From IMG/VR virus record IMGVR_UViG_3300019378_000951, positions 32,001 through 96,000 of that record: DNA of 64,000 nt. One strand, given 5' to 3'. The notes beneath the pieces are model-generated. The model saw only the letters and a program-made list of their open reading frames with translations, made no database searches and was not told the DNA's origin. This DNA comes from a virus (lineage: Duplodnaviria > Caudoviricetes). Positions 31,996-42,382 of this stretch are shown piece by piece (positions within the stretch are counted from its first letter, which is position 1; each line of letters opens with the position of its first letter). Made by a program: the position numbers and the translations under genes.

Positions 31996-33269
31996 TTAAT
32001 TATAAGTATAATATCAATTTTATGATAAAAGATATAGATAACGTAATATATCAGTATAGTGAACGTATAACATTTGTAACAATATTAGATGACTACTTTA
32101 ATAGCGTGAATAGTGCCATTAAAGTAGGGTTTTTTGTAAACCCCGATATGCATAATAAATTAGAACTAAGGGCATCTAAAATGACTTACTCAATATCAAT
32201 AACTAGTAATGAGACTAGTCCAAGACAAAATGTAACTACTAGTTACAAAGACTATTATTTAGAAAATTTTAAAATTAAACCAGTTAACGTTCCGGTAACC
32301 GTATATAAATCCGATAATGCTAGTGAAAATGCTAATAGAAACGACTATATACAGGTTATTATGGATTTTATTCCTGAGACTGTATTAACTTATAATAGAT
32401 ATATGTGTAATGGAATATATAATAATGCTACGGTAAATGATGTATTATTATATTTATTGAATAAGATGGAAATTCCAGTTATATATGAAGAACCGCATAA
32501 TAATACCAAGTACTCACAAATTATACTACCCCCCAATAATTTATTTATGTCATTGAAATTTTTGCATCAACAATATGGAATATATAACAATGGAGTTTCA
32601 ATGTGGTTTAAAGGAAATTTATTTTGTTTTAAAAATCGTTATAATAGCATTAATACACCAAAAATTAATAATCGTAATATAAACAATGTTAGAATATTTG
32701 TGGATAAAAACATATCAGAAAATTTTAATCTGTATGGAGAAGGAACAAAATTGAACTCACAATTGAATATATATGAGTACTATACTAGATTGGAAAAAGT
32801 TTTAATAGACGATAATAAAATTGCATTAGAAGAATTATATGGGAATAAGTATATGGTTTATAGCAAAAATTTAGACGGTACCTATAATATGACTAATGAT
32901 TTAATTAATAAATCAAATGAAGATAAATTAAAAATTTATTGGAATGGAATAGAAAATCCAACAGTGGTAAACCAATATTTTAATGAAATTAAAAATCCAG
33001 TTACATTAACCATTGATTATAATAGTGCAAATTTAAGTATGTGGAGCCCGCTAAATCGTTTTAGATTTCATATAAAAACTGAAAACATACTGTTTGACAG
33101 ATATGTTAATAGCTACTTTCAAGTTAGTAAAAATGAAATGTTTTTTACAACAAATGGAGCTGAAGCAACTTTGCAAGGTAAAGTTACATTAGTTGAAATT
33201 GGAAGTATTGTAGATGATAACAAACATTATCAGTATACTAGCACGGGAATTAATATTACTAATATATAA
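31992..33269 (+). CDS. Probable baseplate hub/virion protein
   Basis: GIYNNATVNDVLLYLL...QIILPP...LKFLHQQYGIY hub-like pattern. Confidence 0.45.
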   Translation: MINYKYNINFMIKDIDNVIYQYSERITFVTILDDYFNSVNSAIKVGFFVNPDMHNKLELRASKMTYSISITSNETSPRQNVTTSYKDYYLENFKIKPVNVPVTVYKSDNASENANRNDYIQVIMDFIPETVLTYNRYMCNGIYNNATVNDVLLYLLNKMEIPVIYEEPHNNTKYSQIILPPNNLFMSLKFLHQQYGIYNNGVSMWFKGNLFCFKNRYNSINTPKINNRNINNVRIFVDKNISENFNLYGEGTKLNSQLNIYEYYTRLEKVLIDDNKIALEELYGNKYMVYSKNLDGTYNMTNDLINKSNEDKLKIYWNGIENPTVVNQYFNEIKNPVTLTIDYNSANLSMWSPLNRFRFHIKTENILFDRYVNSYFQVSKNEMFFTTNGAEATLQGKVTLVEIGSIVDDNKHYQYTSTGINITNI

Positions 33270-33279
33270 GGGGGCTGCT

Positions 33280-33801
33280 ATGTCAATTAAAGTATTTAGT
33301 GATTGTGGAAGTTATAATAATGGTTATAGGGATAAGTCTAAACCAATGTTTGGATCTATTGCAGTAATTGTAATTAATGAAAATGATGAAATTTTATATA
33401 AAAATGTAAAAGTTTTTGAAGACAAAACTAATAATTATTGTGAACTTCTTGGAATGCTTGATGGACTAATATTTGCAGTTAATAATTATCCAAATGAACA
33501 GATAAACGTTTATTCTGATAGTGAGTATGTTATTAAAGGTGCCAGTCAAAGAGTTAATAAATGGAAAAGAATGGGCTGGAAAAATTCGAGCGGACCTGTT
33601 AAGAATAAAGAATTATGGGAAGTCGTATGCAAAATTAATGAATCAAACTATGATATACAATATAATTGGGTGCGAGGACACCAAGGTAAATCAACAACAA
33701 AAGAAGATAATTATTTAGTTTATTATCAAGAAATGTGCGACAGTATGGCGGTTGATATTATTGAGAAAAAAGTAAAAATTTGGAATAAAAAAAGAGAATA
33801 G
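33280..33801 (+). CDS. rnhA: Ribonuclease HI
   Basis: VFSDCGS, TNNYCEL, VYSDSEYV, VKNKELW, WVRGH and CDSMA motifs. Confidence 0.92.
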   Translation: MSIKVFSDCGSYNNGYRDKSKPMFGSIAVIVINENDEILYKNVKVFEDKTNNYCELLGMLDGLIFAVNNYPNEQINVYSDSEYVIKGASQRVNKWKRMGWKNSSGPVKNKELWEVVCKINESNYDIQYNWVRGHQGKSTTKEDNYLVYYQEMCDSMAVDIIEKKVKIWNKKRE

Positions 33802-33824
33802 TCATATGACTATTCTCTTTTTTT
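33787..33824. terminator. Bidirectional terminator
   Basis: A7-GAGAATAGTC-ATAT-GACTATTCTC-T8 between convergent genes. Confidence 0.8.
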
Positions 33825-33828
33825 TGTA

Positions 33829-34446
33829 TTATACTAAAACTATATTATCCCCATCAGGTAAACGTATTATTGGGGTATATATGTTATACATTTCTGCTTT
33901 AAGTTGATTTTCACTACCTACAAAATGTACCATTAAATTATAATTAGGAGCCATTCCTAAACCTTTTGTATAGCTATAGCCAATATAATCATCTACACCA
34001 TCATACATATAAAACCAATCCTGCATTACCATAGCGCCTGCCGAAGCTCCCATTACAATACCATCAAAATTTTTAATAATTTCTTTGATTTCATCAGGAC
34101 ACGTACTCATAAACATCTGAGGGTCTCCGCCGCTTAAAAAAATGATACTAGATTTATTTATTAAATCTTTAATAAGTTCTATACTATCTTCATGTGGATT
34201 AACTATATAAATATTATTTTTTGGTATTCCATATTGAGCATAAGCTTTTGCTATATCCGAAAATTCAGTTCCTACATGTTTATCAAATAACTTATAGTAA
34301 TTATTAAAATCTTTTAAATGCTCATAGTTTGAATATGGTAAAACTGTTACTGACATATCATATTTAATAAATTCTTTCAAACCTTTCATTGAATAATCAC
34401 TCATTAATATTCTGATAGGCATTCTTAAATCACCTTCCATATTCAT
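33829..34446 (-). CDS. Peptidase E / S51 (class I GATase-like) family
   Basis: IFLSGGD, GASAGAM nucleophile elbow, GLG...VH. Confidence 0.82.
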   Translation of the reverse strand: MNMEGDLRMPIRILMSDYSMKGLKEFIKYDMSVTVLPYSNYEHLKDFNNYYKLFDKHVGTEFSDIAKAYAQYGIPKNNIYIVNPHEDSIELIKDLINKSSIIFLSGGDPQMFMSTCPDEIKEIIKNFDGIVMGASAGAMVMQDWFYMYDGVDDYIGYSYTKGLGMAPNYNLMVHFVGSENQLKAEMYNIYTPIIRLPDGDNIVLV

Positions 34447-34547
34447 ATGTTTGGTTATTTTTTTGTTTGTATTTTCTACAATATTTAAATTAAATAGTCA
34501 AACATAATATTATAGTATAGTATTTGTATAATAAGGGAGGATAAATA

Positions 34548-35252
34548 ATGAAATTGCCTAAAAATCAATTTACAGAATTAAAAGTTATAAATAAAGAAAT
34601 ATTAGAAGTTGACTCATCAAATAAAGTTTCAATGATAGTACCTGATTTAAATAATGCTATTATAAAAACTAATTTTATTAAAAATGTAGAAAAAATGATT
34701 AGAGGAAGTTTAGAATATAGAAAGTATATAGGATTTTTAAAAACTAATTTAAATTTAACTAAGTGCAAATTTTTAGAAAATGTTGATATATCAAATTTAA
34801 AGAAAACACATATAGAGATGCATCATTATCCATTTACTTTATATGATATAGTTGAAATAGTTACAGATAAAATAGATGCTGAAGGCGGAATATTAAATGA
34901 ATTAGTAGTAGCTGAAGAGGTTATGAAACTTCATTTTGAAAATAAGATTGGATTAGTTCCTTTAACAATAACAGTACATCAGTTAGTTCACGAAGGGCAA
35001 TTATTTATACCTAGTACATTCGTCCATGGTGAATATAAAAAATTTATGAAAGAATATGATGAATATATAATAGATCTTCATCGAAATTACATACAAAGTA
35101 TAGAAACTAATACTAGACGAATGATGGAAGGAACTCTTAAATTTAATACAGATATATTAAACAGTAAGACTATTGAAATAAAAGATTCTCAAAGAGATTA
35201 TGATAAGGAACTTTATATATTAGATGGTTTAGATGAAGACCAAATAGTTTAA
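34548..35252 (+). CDS. HNH-like conserved jumbo-phage protein
   Basis: IEMHH...LVPLTITVHQLVH; late promoter at 34502-34513. Confidence 0.55.
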   Translation: MKLPKNQFTELKVINKEILEVDSSNKVSMIVPDLNNAIIKTNFIKNVEKMIRGSLEYRKYIGFLKTNLNLTKCKFLENVDISNLKKTHIEMHHYPFTLYDIVEIVTDKIDAEGGILNELVVAEEVMKLHFENKIGLVPLTITVHQLVHEGQLFIPSTFVHGEYKKFMKEYDEYIIDLHRNYIQSIETNTRRMMEGTLKFNTDILNSKTIEIKDSQRDYDKELYILDGLDEDQIV

Positions 35253-35256
35253 AAAT

Positions 35257-35294
35257 TTGTAGAATGACCTAACATATAATGGTCATTCTACAAT
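35257..35294 (+). terminator. Hairpin terminator
   Basis: TGTAGAATGACC...GGTCATTCTACA. Confidence 0.6.
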
Positions 35295-35314
35295 TTAATA
35301 TTATTTTTAATGAC

Positions 35315-35328
35315 ATATTATTTATTAG
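35315..35328 (+). promoter_or_regulatory. Putative early promoter
   Basis: ATATTAT-TTATTA-G. Confidence 0.55.
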
Positions 35329-35362
35329 GTAATAGAATATATAATGTTGGGAGGAATGTATT

Positions 35363-35602
35363 ATGGCTGAAGATTTAAAAGAGAATATAAGATTTCTAAA
35401 AAGAAGCGGTTCAGTCGTAACAGTATTTAGTACAGGAATCAATACATTGTATGCAATATCGCAGGGGAATACTAATAATATACTTTTTGAACTTTATGAT
35501 AATGAAAACGAAAAAACACTTATCAGCAAATTAGTAAGACTTGATGATCTTACTGAACAAGTAATAATTGATTTAGAATCAAAAGCAAGATATTATTGTT
35601 AA
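35363..35602 (+). CDS. Hypothetical early protein
   Basis: GGAGG RBS. Confidence 0.55.
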   Translation: MAEDLKENIRFLKRSGSVVTVFSTGINTLYAISQGNTNNILFELYDNENEKTLISKLVRLDDLTEQVIIDLESKARYYC

Positions 35603-35642
35603 GATTATTAAAAATTAAATTAAATTTTAGGGAGGTAATTAT

Positions 35643-37181
35643 ATGAAATTTATAGGGTTATCAAGATCTAATAGTGGATGGAGAAATGCTACAGTTTATG
35701 AATTAGCTACAGAAAGATATGGAAGTTCATACGGTAATTTTAGTCAATATAGTATAAACAATAATCTTTGTAAACAAGTTACAGAAGCTCCTGATAGAAA
35801 AGATATATATGAATATGTAAAAAATTCTTATATTAGCGATAAACCTGAAGTTTCAGTATATAATGACTTTGATGTACCTAAAAATTCAGGTAAAAAACAT
35901 GAAAATGCTATTTATAAAGATATACATGCATATGAGATTAAAGATATAATGAAATTATTTAACATAATAGACAAAGGTTTACCAGATAATAAAAAATTGG
36001 TTGTATCAGACGGATTGTCATTATATAGAATATTAACATCTTCTGAAGAAGAGTTAGGTGATATACATGCTGATAATATTATACTTGTAGGTACAAACGT
36101 ATACAATAAAGAATCTAAAGAAATCAAAGCAACTTCAACTTGGTACTCATCTGACACTATGTCAAAATTATTCTTATTTATGTGTAGAACTGCTGACGAT
36201 GAAGAAAAAGAAACATTACGTAATAATAGATTATTTAAAGAATTATTAGAAAAACGTCATTTATTAGTTAAAAATCCTTATTTATTAGCTGCAATGGCAT
36301 CTTATTCTGGTAATAAAGAATCTGCCAAATCAATTTTAGGATATATATGGCGAAATGTTGATAAAGATCATATAGATTATTATTTACTAAGTAATATTAC
36401 AGAAAGTATAGCAAATGGAATATTAGATGAGCATAATGTAAATGAAATTTTATATTCTTCTAAGAGTATTTTAAATCATAATAAACTTGAAAAACTTCAT
36501 AGAATGCATAGATATTCAAATTCTAATCATGTAATGAGATATGAATTAAATGATAGTATATATAAAAATTATATACTAAACAACAAAGTCTATTTAGGGC
36601 TTGAAAAATTTGCAAATGATTTAACAAATGAAGAATTAAAAAGATTAGATGTAAACGTATTAGATAAAGCTGTTAGCAATAGTTATATAAGAAAAGATAC
36701 AGCACAAAGATGGATTGATCAATTAAACAAACTTGATGATAAAACACCAGATCAAGTTCAATGGGAAAAACGTTTAACTTATGTATCAAGTGGAATGAAT
36801 AAATCTTCTAACAATGAAGGATACAAAGCATTATTTGCATTTATAGATATGGCAGATAAAGAAAAACTAGAAAAAGACAAAGTAAGAATAGCAAACATAG
36901 TAGTTGAATGGATGTTAAGAAGCAATAATTATTATTCTTCTAGAACTATAATGTATACAAATCCTGAAAATCATGAGATAATTGCAAAAGAGGTGTTTAA
37001 CATATTAAACACTCAAAACATTAGATCTATTAAAAACTATCTTAATTCTATGGACAGTAGACATAGATATCCAGATCACAATTATAATGCATTTTCTAAT
37101 ACATGCTATTTTGATATGAGTTTATGTGATGCAAGTAATAAAAAATTATTTAAAGCATATACGGAAATGACTTTAAGTTAA
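35643..37181 (+). CDS. Hypothetical early protein (paralog of 37219-38820)
   Basis: Shares EELG.I..DN.I, R.IM.TN..N.EIIA.E.F and DM..C.A motifs with the next gene. Confidence 0.65.
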   Translation: MKFIGLSRSNSGWRNATVYELATERYGSSYGNFSQYSINNNLCKQVTEAPDRKDIYEYVKNSYISDKPEVSVYNDFDVPKNSGKKHENAIYKDIHAYEIKDIMKLFNIIDKGLPDNKKLVVSDGLSLYRILTSSEEELGDIHADNIILVGTNVYNKESKEIKATSTWYSSDTMSKLFLFMCRTADDEEKETLRNNRLFKELLEKRHLLVKNPYLLAAMASYSGNKESAKSILGYIWRNVDKDHIDYYLLSNITESIANGILDEHNVNEILYSSKSILNHNKLEKLHRMHRYSNSNHVMRYELNDSIYKNYILNNKVYLGLEKFANDLTNEELKRLDVNVLDKAVSNSYIRKDTAQRWIDQLNKLDDKTPDQVQWEKRLTYVSSGMNKSSNNEGYKALFAFIDMADKEKLEKDKVRIANIVVEWMLRSNNYYSSRTIMYTNPENHEIIAKEVFNILNTQNIRSIKNYLNSMDSRHRYPDHNYNAFSNTCYFDMSLCDASNKKLFKAYTEMTLS

Positions 37182-37218
37182 AAACAAGTAAAAATTAAAT
37201 TAAATTTTAGGGAGGTAA

Positions 37219-38820
37219 TTGTATATGAAAAAATTATTAATGTATAATATGGATAGAATAACTAGCAATTCTTTATGGTCTAATGGAGAATGTACAGTGA
37301 ATTTCTTTTCAAGTTTAACTAGAAAAGCATATACACCTAATAGAAAAACTATTGAAGATTATCTAGCTACAATACCTTATCATAGAACAACTAATAATTC
37401 ATGGTGTTCTGAAAGAGGTGTAAAAGATATAAGAGTATCAGTAGCTAGTATGCAACTTGTTGAAGAAACTACAAGTTGGTACCCATATAAGTACAAAAAA
37501 ATTCTAGTTAAAGATTATGCAGATGAAGTCAGTATCGAGCTATTTGATACTGATGGCTATTTTAATTATTTCAATGAACATAAAGAAATTGATTATTTAG
37601 TAATTCAAGATATGTATACATTTGTACAATTAATAAACAAAACTGATGAAGAATTAGGAAGAATTACAATAGACAATACAATAATTGCATGTTATGATGC
37701 TTTTGAAGTAACTTATAATGGTGACATCAAATTTATAGATAAAGATCTTTGTGATTATAATTATGAAACTAGACCTATTAATATATATTACGAAATTATT
37801 AGAGACCTTGATAAAGAGTACGGAATTAAATTAGTAAACACTACTAATAGAATATTCAAAGCGTTAGCCTACGGTTATAATAAAGCTTTAAAGAAAAATG
37901 TATCTCAACTTAATACATTTTCATTAGTATTATTACCTCTTTTAGATGATAAAGATTATATATTGAAAACTATAGAAAATTATTATAAAACTCTTACAAA
38001 AACGAAAGTTGACTCTTCAACATATAATTTATTATTAGATCTTATTAATAATAAAAAACTAGATATTGAAGATTTTGCTAAAATTATATTTAAGTCAAAA
38101 TCTAAAAAGAATTATGAAGTATTAGCTGAATTATTCGATTTACATTCTCATACTTCAAAATCTTTATTTAGTATTACTAATGCAGAAGATTTAAAAACAT
38201 TAGTAACTCAATATAAAGATTATATAATGTCAGGTAATTATATGATAGGTATTGAAACTGTAATTGATTATTTAACAAAAGAAGATCTTAAAAAGATTAA
38301 TAAATCTGAAGTGGCACTTATGGCTAAAACATCAGTTTTTAAGTATTCGCATAAAAAAGAATTTAAAAAGTTACTAGATCTTTTAAGTGATACAACAGAA
38401 TTAGATACTCCTGGTATCAGAAGATTTAAACAAATGAAAACTAATTTATACCCACAAATGTCAATGCTAAGTATAGCAATAGACGCTATGACAATGGAAG
38501 AAGTTGAAAACGTAAAAACTGAAGTGGCTTCTATGATCCTGTCTCAAGTATTCACACAAAATGATAGTTTTAGTTATCAAAGAATAATAATGACTAATGT
38601 TAAAAATTTTGAGATAATAGCGACTGAATTATTTGATCAACTTGCTACAGATACCAACAAAAGACATATTGAAAAGTATTTAAACAATGTAGTTCATCAA
38701 TATAAAGAACTAAAACCAGGCAGTATTATTACTGTTGCACATTCACCTTTAGCCGATATGACTTTTTGTAACGCAAATCATAAAGTAATTCAAAAACTTT
38801 ATGTTAATAAAACTTTATAG
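37219..38820 (+). CDS. Hypothetical early protein (paralog of 35643-37181)
   Basis: Same shared motifs; identical upstream AAAATTAAATTAAATTTTAGGGAGGTAATT leader. Confidence 0.65.
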   Translation: MYMKKLLMYNMDRITSNSLWSNGECTVNFFSSLTRKAYTPNRKTIEDYLATIPYHRTTNNSWCSERGVKDIRVSVASMQLVEETTSWYPYKYKKILVKDYADEVSIELFDTDGYFNYFNEHKEIDYLVIQDMYTFVQLINKTDEELGRITIDNTIIACYDAFEVTYNGDIKFIDKDLCDYNYETRPINIYYEIIRDLDKEYGIKLVNTTNRIFKALAYGYNKALKKNVSQLNTFSLVLLPLLDDKDYILKTIENYYKTLTKTKVDSSTYNLLLDLINNKKLDIEDFAKIIFKSKSKKNYEVLAELFDLHSHTSKSLFSITNAEDLKTLVTQYKDYIMSGNYMIGIETVIDYLTKEDLKKINKSEVALMAKTSVFKYSHKKEFKKLLDLLSDTTELDTPGIRRFKQMKTNLYPQMSMLSIAIDAMTMEEVENVKTEVASMILSQVFTQNDSFSYQRIIMTNVKNFEIIATELFDQLATDTNKRHIEKYLNNVVHQYKELKPGSIITVAHSPLADMTFCNANHKVIQKLYVNKTL

Positions 38821-38830
38821 GAGGTATTAT

Positions 38831-38974
38831 ATGACTAAAGTATTTGAAATTAGTGGATGTATAGAAGTGCCTGAAGATGTAACAGATGAAGTATTCTTTA
38901 ATAAGTTTATAGAATTTGTAGAAAGTAATGGATGGTCATTTGGTGGTGGAATAGAAGAGACTGCTGAAAATTAA
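38831..38974 (+). CDS. Small protein resembling the YggL/DUF469 C-terminal region (47 aa, not in ORF track)
   Basis: GGAGG RBS; FIEFVESNGWSFGGG. Confidence 0.45.
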   Translation: MTKVFEISGCIEVPEDVTDEVFFNKFIEFVESNGWSFGGGIEETAEN

Positions 38975-38990
38975 AAAGAATTTTAGATAT

Positions 38991-39004
38991 ATATTATTAA
39001 TATG
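38991..39004 (+). promoter_or_regulatory. Putative early promoter with hairpin at 39009-39036
   Basis: ATATTAT-TAATAT-G, then TAGAGAAATATC-ATAT-GATATTTCTCTA. Confidence 0.6.
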
Positions 39005-39075
39005 GTAATAGAGAAATATCATATGATATTTCTCTATCAATAAAAAAATTAAAATTAAATTGGAGGTATGGTATT

Positions 39076-41454
39076 ATGGCAAATTTCAAAGATGTTAAGG
39101 ATGTAGTAGTTTTAACTATATTAGCAGGTAGAGTTCCAGTTATAAAAGGTGCTCACGGGCTTGGTAAGTCTCAAATGATGGAAACTATAGTACGAGATTT
39201 AGGAATGAAACTAATAACTATAGAGGGAGGTCTTCTAAAAGAAGGAGAAATCGGGGGTCAAATGTAGGCTCGTTCACAAAGTGATTTGTGTTCCAATCTC
39301 TCTAATTGCTGGGACGTCCTTAGAGCCTATTCAACTACAACGTGATCCGCAAGGATGAGCGTGAATGTTTAAAAATGGATAGGATTGGATAATCAGCAGC
39401 GAAGCATATATACCATTATAAACCAATTAATTGCAATGGAGGTTATAATATGGCAAAGAATAAAAATGCTATTAATTGGGACGTTGATTTTATTAAAGAA
39501 AATTATAATACAATGAAGTTAGTTGAGATGGCTGAAATTCTAAGCAAAAAAGATAGTCGAATAAATGCTAAAAATCTTTCAAGACAATGTAAGAAAATGA
39601 ATCTTAGTAAACTTACAATGATTAATGATATAAAATTGAAAGATGATGAAGAATTTAAGCCAATACCAGGATTTAAAAATTATGAAGTTTCACAATATGG
39701 AAATGTTCATTGTTTAATAACAGGTTCAATTGTAGCCGATATTATTGATGGAAAAGGATATCATATAAGAAAAATTACAGATAGCAGTAATATTAAACGT
39801 GATATGCCTTTACATCGACTAATTGCACTTGCATGGATTTATAATGATGATCCTGTTAATAAAACACAAGTTGATCATATAGATGGTAATAAAGATAATA
39901 ACTCATTAAAAAATCTTGAATGGGTAACGCCTCAAGAGAATATTAATCGAGCTAGACAGAATAAATTGAATAACTCCAAACCATCAGATCATACTAGAAT
40001 GGACAAAGACACTGTTAAAAAATTGTATCTATATTGTAAAAACAATCCTGGATATACAACTAAAGACGTAAGTAAAATGTTTAAATGTAGTCAAGCAACT
40101 GTTCGCAATATAATGTCTGGTAAAAGACATGCGGACGTTACAAGAGGTTTATAATGGTATATATGAACGTTCAACGACTAGCCCGAGGGTGGTGAGACTC
40201 CACAATAGGCGTAGGGCCCAAGCTAATGGGGTGGGTGAAAATCCCTTAAATCGAAATGGGAGACTCTCATTTATATGAGATGAAGATATAGTCTACTCTA
40301 TACAGAAATGTATAGCACTTTTTAAAGTGGAATGAGTGTTGCGAACTCATTTTAATATATGGCTACCAATAGTTAAAGAAAGAAAATTCAAAAACAACAC
40401 AGGAAAAGAAGATACAACATATGTAACAGAATATGCAATACACAATAAGATGAGATTAATGAATCAGTATCTTGATGACGGAGAAGCTGTACTACTATTC
40501 ATAGACGAACTTAACAGAACTGATAATGCAGTTATGCAAGAGCTAATGAATATCATACTAAACAGAGAGATAAATGGTATAGTATTACCAGAAGGAGTAT
40601 ATGTATGTGGCGCTATGAACCCATCAGCTAATGACGGAGTTAATAACTATAGTACAAATGAACTTGACCCAGCTCAATTAGACCGTCTAACTATAATAGA
40701 AATGGATCCAGACACAACTAGTTGGTTAGATTGGGCTTTAGCAAAACCAGGCAGCTCAAGATCAGAAGACGAAATCCCTCAATATAAACGTCTTAATAAA
40801 TCTCTATATAAAACTAATATAGACGATTCAATAATAGAATTCTTATCAATGAACTCTGACTTCTTAGTAAAACAATCAGTATCATCATTAATAGGAGTAT
40901 CACCACGTTCTTGGGAAATGGCATCTGATTTAATAAGAACTTATAAGTTAAATCAAAATGCATTTAGACCTAATATACTTCAACATGCACTAGTAGGTAC
41001 TATATCACCAGAGGTTTATCAAAAGTATATCCACTTCACAGAAAGTAATAAATCTAAGTTAGTAACAGGAGACGAATTCTTATTTAGTGACAAAGTTAAG
41101 AAAGATGCAACAACTAAGAAGTATAGAAATGACCCAGAATTAGTTAAGAGATTCTTAGATGAACCAGCTAACAGACAATCTATAATGGTTAAATCAACAC
41201 TTAACATGTTAGTTGAGATAATGAACGGAAATGTAAGAGATAAAAAAGATTCATCTAAAACACTTAAATTCAATGCTAAGTTTAAAGAACTATACATTGA
41301 ATTAATGGAATATCTTCCAGCAGATAGAGTAGTTGAAGTAATGAGATATTGTAAACAAGAACATAATAAGATGCATCAAAAACTAATGGATGATGAAGCA
41401 TACTACAAAAAATTCGTAACAGAAACTCAAAGAATTAAAAAGTCAGCTAGATAA
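39076..41454 (+). CDS. MoxR/dynein-related AAA+ ATPase, spliced: exon 1 39076-39258, exon 2 40363-41454 (424 aa)
   Basis: Walker A GAHGLGKS, junction EIGG|LP, Walker B LLFIDELNR, GAMNP, LDPAQLDR, SPRSWE. Confidence 0.88.
39259..40362 (+). mobile_element. Group I intron in the AAA+ ATPase gene
   Basis: P1 GGGU/GCUC; P10 GUAG/CUAC; core AAUUGCUGGGA, AAUCAGCAGCG, UUCAACGACUA, AAGAUAUAGUCU; terminal G; splicing restores the frame. Confidence 0.92.
39450..40154 (+). CDS. Intron-encoded NUMOD4-HNH homing endonuclease
   Basis: FKPIPGF..YEVSQYG (NUMOD4); HRLIA...VDHIDGNKDNN..NLEW (HNH); C-terminal HTH. Confidence 0.9.
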   Translation: MAKNKNAINWDVDFIKENYNTMKLVEMAEILSKKDSRINAKNLSRQCKKMNLSKLTMINDIKLKDDEEFKPIPGFKNYEVSQYGNVHCLITGSIVADIIDGKGYHIRKITDSSNIKRDMPLHRLIALAWIYNDDPVNKTQVDHIDGNKDNNSLKNLEWVTPQENINRARQNKLNNSKPSDHTRMDKDTVKKLYLYCKNNPGYTTKDVSKMFKCSQATVRNIMSGKRHADVTRGL

Positions 41455-41532
41455 AGCATAATATTAAAGGTGTAGATTAAAATTCTACACCTTAATTTTT
41501 TGAATTAATTAAAATTTAAAGGAGGTAATATT

Positions 41533-41715
41533 ATGTATATATTTGATAAAGGAATGAAAGTTGAAGTTGTAGGACTAATAGGTGTTATTGAAGATGTTAT
41601 TGTAAACGTAGATAATAATACAGAATATGTGGTTAAATTTTCAGGTGTTGACGAACCAATAAATTATCTAGGAATTAATTTAAAATTAGTAGAAGATGAA
41701 TCAATAATTAAGTAA
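41533..41715 (+). CDS. Small hypothetical protein (SH3-like)
   Basis: GGAGG RBS. Confidence 0.5.
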   Translation: MYIFDKGMKVEVVGLIGVIEDVIVNVDNNTEYVVKFSGVDEPINYLGINLKLVEDESIIK

Positions 41716-41732
41716 AGGAGGTTTCTTCTCTT

Positions 41733-41885
41733 ATGTTTACATTAAATGAGCTAGAAGCAATGTTTGATATATTATCTTGGTGTTGCACTGAACATCCTAA
41801 CTTTGCAGAAGACGAAAGAGAAAGAGAAGAAGCTTTAATAAAAAAAGTATATGATTTAATTAAATCTATGGAGGTAAATGAATAA
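41733..41885 (+). CDS. Small hypothetical protein (50 aa, not in ORF track)
   Basis: AAGGAGG RBS; in operon. Confidence 0.45.
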   Translation: MFTLNELEAMFDILSWCCTEHPNFAEDEREREEALIKKVYDLIKSMEVNE

Positions 41886-42193
41886 TGAAAAGTATAGATA
41901 TAATGAAAAAAGTTTCAACAGCATTAAATGGAAAGTATAAACTACCAGAAGACTTTGCAGAAGGTTTTAGTTTTGAAAAAGAAGAGATAATAAATCCTGA
42001 CGTAATAGAAGAAGATGACTTAAGAGGATTTGGAGAGAATCTATTAGCATATGATACTACATTTGATCATAATGAAGATGAACTAACACTATTTACAATA
42101 ATAAGTGAAGATAACAAAAAATGTATGTTCCTGGTATCATCAGGAGATTTAAATCCAGAAGAGATATTGGAAAAAGGATATATTCAGTTATAA
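41885..42193 (+). CDS. Hypothetical acidic protein
   Basis: GGAGG RBS. Confidence 0.55.
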   Translation: MKSIDIMKKVSTALNGKYKLPEDFAEGFSFEKEEIINPDVIEEDDLRGFGENLLAYDTTFDHNEDELTLFTIISEDNKKCMFLVSSGDLNPEEILEKGYIQL

Positions 42194-42209
42194 GAAAGGT
42201 GGGGACATT

Positions 42210-42356
42210 ATGTTTAAAAGAATAAAAGAAAAATTAATAAAATGGTTTAAAGAATATTGTGAAGTTATAGAAGAAAATCACATTATATTTTCAGAGCATG
42301 ATGTCTACAATATAATACAAGAAGAATTAACTAAGAGTAAACAAGAAGAAAAGTAG
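42210..42356 (+). CDS. Small hypothetical protein (48 aa, not in ORF track)
   Basis: AAGGTGGGG RBS. Confidence 0.4.
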   Translation: MFKRIKEKLIKWFKEYCEVIEENHIIFSEHDVYNIIQEELTKSKQEEK

Positions 42357-42382
42357 AATAATAAAAAAATTAAAATTAAATT

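Noticed and set aside
40336-40362. N-terminus MLRTHFNIW of ORF 40336
   Set aside because: This is intron P9 sequence; the real exon starts at 40363.
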